Shown piece after piece: positions 16,730 to 23,353 of a stretch of 32,000 nucleotides of DNA; position 1 is the first letter of the stretch; the number at the start of each line of letters is the position of its first letter. The translations under genes were made by a program, and so were the position numbers. This DNA comes from Cupriavidus necator (lineage in GTDB: Bacteria > Pseudomonadota > Gammaproteobacteria > Burkholderiales > Burkholderiaceae). Below the pieces are notes generated by a model. That model was not told the DNA's origin and searched no databases. It was given only the letters and a program-made list of their open reading frames with translations. The stretch lies in NCBI RefSeq assembly GCF_016127575.1, contig NZ_CP066019.1, positions 750,001-782,000 on the forward strand, read 5' to 3'.

Positions 16730-17456
16730 AAAGACCCTGGTCACCGCGGCGCCGCCGGCGCGCGTGTGGGAGCTGCTGCTCGACCCCAACGTGATGGGCG
16801 CGTGCGTGCCCGGCATGGAATCGATCGAAGTGCTGAGCGATGTCGAGTACATCGCCCATATGGCGGTCAAGATCGCCTTCATCAACGCGCGCTTCCGGCT
16901 GCATACGAAGATCGTCGAGACGCGCGCGCCGCATTACCTGCGCACCGAGGGCACCGGCGAGGACGACTCGGTGGCCAGCTCGCTGCGCCAGTCGAGCGAG
17001 CTCTTCCTGACCGCCCTGGACGATGGCGGCACGCAGCTGCGCATCAGGGTGGAGGTGGACGTGCTGGGCCGGCTGGGCACTTTCGGCCTGAGCGTGATGA
17101 AGACCAAGGCCGACCGCATGTGGGACGAGTTTGGCGCCAACCTGCTGGCGCGGCTGTCGCCGCAGGGGGCGCAGGCAGCGCCCGAGCCGGCGGCGAAGTC
17201 CGCACCTGCGGCACCGGTTGCATCGGCCGCGGCTGCCAACGGCCATGCGGTGCTGCCGACACGGTCCGCGCCCGCACCCGCCGCCGGCGGGCTGTTCTCG
17301 CGGCTGTTCGGGCGCGGCGAGGCCGCGCGCGGGCCGCTGTCGGACATCTGCGTTGAGCTTCGCCGCAGCGACGAGACCATCGTGGTGCGGTGGCCCGCCG
17401 CCCAGGGCGAGCAATGCGCGGCCTGGCTGCGCGACTACCTGCGCCCAGGGGCATAG
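16719..17456 (+). CDS. CoxG-like SRPBCC protein with a long C-terminal extension
   Basis: From GTG 16719 the product starts VEIEKTLVTAAPPARVWELLLDPNVMGACVPGMESIE, as CoxG family proteins do. It overlaps the small-subunit gene by 11 nt. Residues from about 147 onward are an Ala/Pro-rich linker plus a roughly 55-aa tail. Confidence 0.72.
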   Translation: MEIEKTLVTAAPPARVWELLLDPNVMGACVPGMESIEVLSDVEYIAHMAVKIAFINARFRLHTKIVETRAPHYLRTEGTGEDDSVASSLRQSSELFLTALDDGGTQLRIRVEVDVLGRLGTFGLSVMKTKADRMWDEFGANLLARLSPQGAQAAPEPAAKSAPAAPVASAAAANGHAVLPTRSAPAPAAGGLFSRLFGRGEAARGPLSDICVELRRSDETIVVRWPAAQGEQCAAWLRDYLRPGA

Positions 17457-17558
17457 GCGGAGCCAGGGCGGGGTCTGCCGGCAATACGGGTACCCTACGG
17501 GGTGCAGGCGTGATATATGAGAGCGTTACGCCAAGACCGAATATTGCAGAGACAGACC

Positions 17559-18410
17559 ATGACGACCGATTCGCCGCAGGAAGACACGCAGGAAAGCGGC
17601 CAGGAGGGCGCCCCGGAGAGCGCCCAGGAGAAGTACATCGTGCCGGGGCTGGAGCGCGGCCTGCGGCTGCTGGCCGAATTCAGCAGCCGTGAGCGCACCT
17701 TGTCGGCGGCCGAGCTGGCGCGCCGGCTCAAGGTGCCGCGTTCGACCGTGTTCCGGCTGCTGGCCACGCTGGAAATGATGGGCTTTGTCGAGCGCACCGA
17801 CGGCGGGCGCGAATTCCGCCTGGGCATGGCGGTGCTGCGGCTGGGCTTTGACTACCTGGCCTCGCTGGAGCTGACCGAGCTGGGCCGCCCGCTGCTGGAC
17901 CGGCTGCGCGACGAGATCCACTATCCGTGCAACCTGGTGGTGCGCGACGGGCGCTCCATCGTCTATGTGGCCAAGTCGGTGGCCTCGCGCCCGTTTGCCA
18001 GCACCGTCAACGTTGGCACCCGGCTGCCGGCGCATGCGACCGTGCTGGGCCGCGTGCTGCTGGAAGACCTGTCGCTGGCGGAACTGCGCACGCTGTATCC
18101 GGAAGAGCGCCTGGAGGTGTATTCCGAAAGCACGCCGCGCACTGTCGAAGAGCTGTACGACATGGTCCAGCGCGACCGCCAGCGCGGCTATGTGCTGCAT
18201 GAAGGGTTCTTCGAGGCCAGCATCTCCACCATCGCGGCGCCGGTGCGCGACCGCAGCGGCAAGGTTGTGGCGGCGCTGGGCGCGACCATCCCGGCCTCGC
18301 GCATCGATCCGGACCAGCTCGACAATGTGGTGGAACAGGTCAGGCGGGCGGCGGCCGAGCTGTCGAGCCTGCTCGACTACCGGCCGGAGGTGCCGAAACC
18401 GTTCGCGTGA
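17559..18410 (+). CDS. IclR-family transcriptional regulator (paralog B, close copy of the 1742-2635 gene)
   Basis: Same wHTH and effector-domain sequence as paralog A, with about 36 substitutions over about 250 aligned residues by eye. ATG 17559 (MTTDSPQ) is preferred. Confidence 0.88.
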   Translation: MTTDSPQEDTQESGQEGAPESAQEKYIVPGLERGLRLLAEFSSRERTLSAAELARRLKVPRSTVFRLLATLEMMGFVERTDGGREFRLGMAVLRLGFDYLASLELTELGRPLLDRLRDEIHYPCNLVVRDGRSIVYVAKSVASRPFASTVNVGTRLPAHATVLGRVLLEDLSLAELRTLYPEERLEVYSESTPRTVEELYDMVQRDRQRGYVLHEGFFEASISTIAAPVRDRSGKVVAALGATIPASRIDPDQLDNVVEQVRRAAAELSSLLDYRPEVPKPFA

Positions 18411-18448
18411 CGGCAGCGCGCGCCGCCAGCCATCCATTGGGAAGCAAT

Positions 18449-19465
18449 ATGCAGCAACGCAAGACATACAACAGGCCGCCGCGCCGGCGGCAATGGCTGG
18501 CCGGCACGGCGCTGGCCGCTGCGCTGGCGGCGTGCGTGCCGTGGCAGGCGGCGCAAGCCGCCGGCTGCGCCAATGTGCGCATCGTGGTGCCGTTCCCGGC
18601 CGGCGGCCCGGCAGACCAGCTCGCGCGCACGCTGGCGCACGGGCTGCAGCAGCGGCGCGGCACGCCGTTCGTGGTAGACAACAAGCCTGGCGCCAACGGC
18701 AATATCGGCATCGACACGGTGCGGCGCGCGCCGGGCGACGGCTGCACGCTGCTGGTGGCCCCGGCCGGCAACCTGACCATCAACCCCACGCTGATGCCGG
18801 CGCTGAGCTACAACGTCGAGCGTGATTTCCGGCCGGTGTCGCTGCTGGCGGGCTCGCCCAACGTGCTGGCGGTGCATCCGTCAGTAAAGGCGAATTCCGT
18901 GCAGGACCTGGTCAGGCTGGCACAGCAGGCAGAGAAGTCCGGCAAGCCGCTGGGCTACGCCAGCCCGGGCGTCGGCAGCGGCCTGCACCTGGCCGGCGAG
19001 CTGTTCCGCAACAAGGCCGGCATCACGCTGCTGCACGTGCCCTACAAAGGCACCACGCAGGCGCTCAACGACGTGGTGGGCGGACAGGTGCCGATGCTGT
19101 TCGGCACGTGGCCGACGCTGGCGCCGTTTATCCAGTCCGGCGCGCTGCGCGCGCTGGCGGTGACGCAGTCCAGGCGCTCGCCGGCCGCGCCGAACGTGCC
19201 GTCGCTGGCCGAGCAGGGCGTGCCCGGCATCGACGTCAGTTCCTGGTATGCGCTGCTGGTGCCCAGGGCCACGCCGCAGCTGGCGGCCGATGCGCTCAGC
19301 GCCGACGTGCGCGCGCTGCTGGCCACGCCCCCGGTGCGGGCCGAGCTGCAGCGCCAGGGCATGGAGCCGGTGGGCAGCACGGCGCAGGCGCTCGAGGCCC
19401 GCATCCGCGAGGAAACCGCGGCGTGGGCGAAGCTGATCAAGGCGTACGGGATTACCGCGGAGTAG
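18449..19465 (+). CDS. Bug-family (TctC-like) periplasmic solute-binding receptor, second copy
   Basis: Signal peptide RRRQWLAGTALAAALAA. Motifs FPAGGPAD, DNKPGANG, SPGVGSGLHLAGE, VPYKG. ATG 18449 follows GGGAAG. Confidence 0.9.
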   Translation: MQQRKTYNRPPRRRQWLAGTALAAALAACVPWQAAQAAGCANVRIVVPFPAGGPADQLARTLAHGLQQRRGTPFVVDNKPGANGNIGIDTVRRAPGDGCTLLVAPAGNLTINPTLMPALSYNVERDFRPVSLLAGSPNVLAVHPSVKANSVQDLVRLAQQAEKSGKPLGYASPGVGSGLHLAGELFRNKAGITLLHVPYKGTTQALNDVVGGQVPMLFGTWPTLAPFIQSGALRALAVTQSRRSPAAPNVPSLAEQGVPGIDVSSWYALLVPRATPQLAADALSADVRALLATPPVRAELQRQGMEPVGSTAQALEARIREETAAWAKLIKAYGITAE

Positions 19466-20291
19466 CGGCGCTGCGGTATCCCATCAGGCCCGACAGGTCG
19501 CGCGCGGCCTGCCTGACTTCCTTCTCCACGCGCTCGCGCAGCGCGCCATCGGCTTCAAAGCGCTGCTGCGGTCCCGCCACGCTGATCGCGGCGATCACGT
19601 CGCCGTCGGCGCCGCGCACCGGTGCCGCGCAGGAATCGATGCCCGGTTCATAGGCGGAAAAGCTCCAGGCGCAGCCGCGTTCGCGATCGGCGGCAAGGAT
19701 ATCAGCCAGCCGCGCGTGCGTGGCCGGGCTCTGGCCGGTGACCGTCGGCAGGGGATCGGATCCCAGCAGCTCGCGCAGCGTCTCCGGCGGCAGCTCGGCA
19801 ATCAGCATCCGCCCCGGCGTGGTCAGGTGTGCGGCCACGCGGCTGCCGACCTGGATATTGCTGACCAGCGAGGCCGCGGGCATCTGCCGCAGCAGGTAGA
19901 GTGCATCGCCGCCATCGCGCACGGCCAGGTAGGCCGACAGCTGCAGCGATGCGCTCAGCCGGGCCAGCACGCGTGCGGCAAAGCTGGTCAGGTCATTGCT
20001 GGCCAGCACGCGCGAGGCCAGCTTCAGGAAGTTGAAGCCGACCTGGTGCCCGCCTTGCGGCAGGCGTTCCACCATGCCCTCATGCTCCAGTGTATCCAGC
20101 AGCCGCATCACGGTGACGCGGTTCACGTCGATGCGCCGGCCCACTTCGCTCAGGTTGGCGGTGGCGCCGCCCTCGGCGATGAAGCGCAGCAGGCGCAGGC
20201 CGCGGATCACCGGCGAGACCAGCTGGGCTTCGCGGGCGTCTTCGGTATCGCCATCGTCGGCAAGGTCAGGCTGTGGGCGGGATTTGGGCAT
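19452..20291 (-). CDS. IclR-family transcriptional regulator (third, divergent subfamily)
   Basis: wHTH LSEVGRRIDVNRVTVMRLLDTLEHEGMV plus an effector domain. ATG at 20291 (the 20309 codon is TTG). The 3' end overlaps the convergent Bug gene by 14 nt. Confidence 0.85.
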   Translation of the reverse strand: MPKSRPQPDLADDGDTEDAREAQLVSPVIRGLRLLRFIAEGGATANLSEVGRRIDVNRVTVMRLLDTLEHEGMVERLPQGGHQVGFNFLKLASRVLASNDLTSFAARVLARLSASLQLSAYLAVRDGGDALYLLRQMPAASLVSNIQVGSRVAAHLTTPGRMLIAELPPETLRELLGSDPLPTVTGQSPATHARLADILAADRERGCAWSFSAYEPGIDSCAAPVRGADGDVIAAISVAGPQQRFEADGALRERVEKEVRQAARDLSGLMGYRSAATPR

Positions 20292-20360
20292 GGTGGTGTC
20301 TGCTGTCAACGGAAAACGGCCGCGCAGGCGGCCGTGCTGGCGGAAACGATCGGCGCGGCT

Positions 20361-21497
20361 TCAGCCGAGGGCGACGTTCCAGGCGTCGTAATCGTACACC
20401 CAGTCGGCATTGCCGCCTTCCTTCAGCCAGGCATTGCCGCGCGAGCCGATCTGGATGCGGCTGGTGCGTTCGTGGCGCGCGGCCTGGTAGCGTGCCAGCG
20501 CGGCGGGCACGCCTGCGGCACCGCCGGGTGCGGCATCGGCAAGGCAGCGCGCCAGCACCACGCCGTCTTCAATCGCCATGCCGGCGCCTTGTGCCATGAA
20601 CGGCATCATCGGGTGGCAGGCGTCGCCCATCAGCGTGACCGGGCCGGCGCACCATGCCGGCAGCGGGTCGCGCACGTACAGCGCGGAGATCAGCACCTCG
20701 TCGCAGGCATCGAGCAGTGCGCGCGCCTCGGGGTGGAAGCCGGCATAGGCGCTGCGCAGGTCTTGCACGCGGCCCGGCGTGGTCCAGGACTCATGGCGCC
20801 AGGCTTCCTGTGCGACGGTGGCGAAGATAAAGATGTCGCGGCCGCGGTTGAGCGGGAAGGTGACGATCTGTGTGGCGGCGTCGGGGCCCCACCATTTGGT
20901 GAAGGCGCCCAGGTTGGGCACGCCGGCGAGGCGCTCGGCGGGAACGACCGCGCGGTAGGCCACCACGCCGGTGAAGATCGGGCTTTCCTGGCCGAACAGG
21001 GCGGTGCGCACGGTCGAGTGGATGCCGTCGGCGCCGACCAGCACATCGACGCGCTCCTCTGCGCCACTGGCGAAGCGCAGCGTGGCGCTATCGGCATGCG
21101 GCTCGATCGCCACGGCCTTGTGGCCAAGGCGCACGCATTCGGCCGGCACGGCGGCTTCCAGTGCGGTCATCAGGTCGGCGCGGTGCATGGTCAGTTGCGG
21201 GGCGCCGTAGCGGCGCTCGGCGTCTTTCTGCATCGGCAGGCGGGAAGTTTCTTCGCCGGTGTCCCACGTGCGGCTGATGCGGTGGCTGGGGCGTGCGGCG
21301 GTTTCGCGCAGGGCGTCGCCGATGCCTAGCCCGTCGAGGACGCGCACGGCGTTGGGGGTCAGGTTGATGTCGGCGCCTACGCGGGCGAAGCGGGGGGCTT
21401 GTTCGTAGACGATTGCGTCCATGCCGAGCTTGCGCAGTGCGATGGCTGCGGCGAGGCCGCCGATGCCGGCGCCGTTGATTCCGATCTTGAGGGGCAT
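20361..21497 (-). CDS. Group A FAD-dependent aromatic monooxygenase (salicylate hydroxylase / 6-hydroxynicotinate 3-monooxygenase NicC-like), 378 aa
   Basis: GAGIGGLAAA dinucleotide motif, GADGIHS, GDACHPMMPFMAQGAGMAIEDG, C-terminal WVYDYD. Length and C-terminus resemble NicC as I remember it. Confidence 0.88.
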   Translation of the reverse strand: MPLKIGINGAGIGGLAAAIALRKLGMDAIVYEQAPRFARVGADINLTPNAVRVLDGLGIGDALRETAARPSHRISRTWDTGEETSRLPMQKDAERRYGAPQLTMHRADLMTALEAAVPAECVRLGHKAVAIEPHADSATLRFASGAEERVDVLVGADGIHSTVRTALFGQESPIFTGVVAYRAVVPAERLAGVPNLGAFTKWWGPDAATQIVTFPLNRGRDIFIFATVAQEAWRHESWTTPGRVQDLRSAYAGFHPEARALLDACDEVLISALYVRDPLPAWCAGPVTLMGDACHPMMPFMAQGAGMAIEDGVVLARCLADAAPGGAAGVPAALARYQAARHERTSRIQIGSRGNAWLKEGGNADWVYDYDAWNVALG

Positions 21498-21526
21498 TTA
21501 GTCTACCTGCTTGGTTGTGTTCAAAA

Positions 21527-21543
21527 ATGAACTATATGTTCAT
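21527..21543. promoter_or_regulatory. Candidate operator: 6-5-6 inverted repeat ATGAAC-TATAT-GTTCAT in the AT-rich region 30 nt upstream of the monooxygenase start
   Basis: Perfect 6-bp arms flanked by A-runs. It lies within the only strongly AT-rich stretch upstream of the 20361-21497 gene. Confidence 0.4.
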
Positions 21544-21670
21544 AAAAATATATGAGCGCAGGTGTAGCCAGTCAATTAAGGGTGAACCCTAGGGAGTGGT
21601 TTTCAGTCCTTTGGTGGGGATGGAGTTGGGGCAATGCGGTCGGTTTGTGGCTTCTGGCAGCGTGGCTGTT

Positions 21671-21717
21671 TCGCCGGCGTGGCCGGCGAGTCACTTTTTG
21701 TCCGAGCGACAAAAAGT
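21671..21717. other. Two back-to-back perfect hairpins in a long non-coding stretch
   Basis: TCGCCGGC-GTG-GCCGGCGA (21671-21689) and ACTTTTTGTC-CGAGC-GACAAAAAGT (21693-21717). No U-run follows on either strand, so this is not a canonical terminator. Confidence 0.45.
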
Positions 21718-22016
21718 AACCAAAAAACGCGTCGCCTATGCGGCTGGCAATCAATTCCGCGGCGTTGGTGGTTCGAGCGGTGGTGCTTGCCGTTTGGGCG
21801 TGGGTGCCCGTTCGACCCTGCTACGCCATGTGAGTGTGGGGCAGTGCCTGCGTTAACCCACTATTGGACGATCCCCATGCAGGGTGTAGGCCGCCTGCTG
21901 CCGACCGTATCGCGGGGACGCCTACGGCTGCTGCGCAGGCTCAAAGTGCGCTGTCGGTTTTTTCTGCGTTTGCGCGGGGCGCAGCCGAAGGCGTTGATGC
22001 GATATCGCCAAGTCCC

Positions 22017-22047
22017 AAAAAAGCAGCCGCACACGGCGGCTGCTTTT
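22017..22047 (-). terminator. Intrinsic terminator downstream of the acyl-CoA dehydrogenase operon; A-run and T-run flanks make it potentially bidirectional
   Basis: AAAAAA-GCAGCCGC-ACACG-GCGGCTGC-TTTT. It starts 26 nt beyond the stop at 22073. Confidence 0.75.
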
Positions 22048-22072
22048 GAAACCATGGCTGGAACAGAACCGT

Positions 22073-23308
22073 TCAAAGCCCCAACACAAGCTTGGCAATG
22101 ATATTGCGCTGGATCTCGTTAGACCCCCCGTAGATCGACGCCTTGCGATAGTTGAAATAACGCGGCGCCAGCACGGCTGCATAATCCGGCCCGACACGCG
22201 GCGCGGCCTCGCGCCCTTGCAACGCAGCCCACGTATCCTGCACGAACGGCAACGCCGCCGGCCCCGCGGCTTCCACCGCGAGTTCGCTTGCTGCCTGCAG
22301 GGTTTCAGTGCCCGTGAGCTTCAGCATGCTCGACGCGGCCCCGATCGAGGTCCCGGATTCCACGCCTGAGAACACCCGCAACTCAACCGCTTCCAGCGCG
22401 GCAGCACGCAGGTGCAGCGCCGCCAGCTTGCGGCGGAAGGCGGGATCGTCCAGCAGGCGGGCACCGTCGTCGGCAGGCTGCTCCGCGGCAATCTCCGCGA
22501 TCTTCGACAGTTGCTTGCGCAGCATCGGGCTATATGTACCGCCGCGCTCGAACTCCAGCAGGTACTTGGCATAGGTCCAGCCCTTGCCTTCCTCCCCGAT
22601 GCGGTTTGCCACCGGCACGCGCACGTTCTCGAAGAAGACCTGGTTCACTTCCTGCTGGCCGGTCATGGGACCGTCCAGCGTCGGCAGCGCCGACACCGTG
22701 ATGCCGGGCGTATGCATGTCGAGCAGCAGGAACGAAATCCCTTCCTGGCGCTTCGATTCGCGGCTGGTGCGCACCAGGCAGAACATCCAGTCGGCCCACT
22801 GCGCATGCGTGGTCCAGATCTTGGAGCCATTCAGGATGTAGTGCTCGCCGTCGCTGTCGGTGCCGTGGTCGGCGCGCATCTGCAGCGAGGCCAGGTCGGA
22901 GCCGGAGTTGGGTTCGGAATAGCCCTGGCACCACCACACGTCCGAGCTCAGGATCGGCGGCAGGAAGCGCTGCTTCTGCTCGGGCGTGCCGTACTTCATG
23001 ATCACCGGCGCCACCATCTTCAGGCCCATTGGCGACACTGGCGGGCAGCCGGCGGCGGCCAGTTCCGACTGGAAGATAAAGCGCTCGGTCGGGGTCCAGC
23101 CCGGCCCGCCGTATTCCTTGGGCCAGTTCGGCGCGGCCCAGCCGCGCGCGTGCAGCGCCTTCTGCCAGCGCAGCTGCGCGGCCTTGTCGAGGTAGCCGTT
23201 CTTGGACTGCGCCATCATCGCGCGCAGGTCGGCGTCATAGGCCTGGGCGATCCAGGCGCGCACGTCTTCACGGAACTGCTGATCTTGCGGGGAGAAATCG
23301 AGATTCAT
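22073..23308 (-). CDS. Acyl-CoA dehydrogenase family protein, 411 aa
   Basis: MNLDFSPQDQQFREDVRAWI start, central CQGYSEPNSGSD, C-terminal IYGGSNEIQRNIIA. Typical ACAD architecture. Confidence 0.9.
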   Translation of the reverse strand: MNLDFSPQDQQFREDVRAWIAQAYDADLRAMMAQSKNGYLDKAAQLRWQKALHARGWAAPNWPKEYGGPGWTPTERFIFQSELAAAGCPPVSPMGLKMVAPVIMKYGTPEQKQRFLPPILSSDVWWCQGYSEPNSGSDLASLQMRADHGTDSDGEHYILNGSKIWTTHAQWADWMFCLVRTSRESKRQEGISFLLLDMHTPGITVSALPTLDGPMTGQQEVNQVFFENVRVPVANRIGEEGKGWTYAKYLLEFERGGTYSPMLRKQLSKIAEIAAEQPADDGARLLDDPAFRRKLAALHLRAAALEAVELRVFSGVESGTSIGAASSMLKLTGTETLQAASELAVEAAGPAALPFVQDTWAALQGREAAPRVGPDYAAVLAPRYFNYRKASIYGGSNEIQRNIIAKLVLGL

Positions 23309-23353
23309 CGACGGGCCTCGCTGGGTAATCGTCTGGGTTCGGGGATGCCGGCT

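Noticed and set aside
13093-17456. Calling the large / FAD / 2Fe-2S / CoxG-like genes a carbon monoxide dehydrogenase (cox)
   Set aside because: The large subunit shows the general xanthine-dehydrogenase-family GAFRGFGG motif. I could not find the CODH-specific cysteine-containing active-site loop. No coxDEF-type accessory genes are present.
11898-17554. Shared AATATTG..GACA string (11898-11910 and 17540-17554) as a common IclR operator
   Set aside because: Only about 10 matching positions, with a 2-nt indel. This is too weak to separate from chance in AT-rich promoter DNA without a genome-wide scan.
21767-21783. GGTGGTTCGAGCGGTGG, which resembles a tRNA T-loop (GGTTCGA)
   Set aside because: The flanking arms are not complementary (GGTGG and GGTGG), and I could not draw acceptor or anticodon stems around it. 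It is not a tRNA.
21572-22101. Small ORFs of 60-155 aa in the long intergenic stretch (21572-21754 minus, 21596-21856 plus, 21634-22101 plus)
   Set aside because: Arg/Cys/Trp-rich products, no RBS, overlap with hairpins and the terminator, and no motif. I treat them as non-coding, although a micro-protein cannot be excluded.
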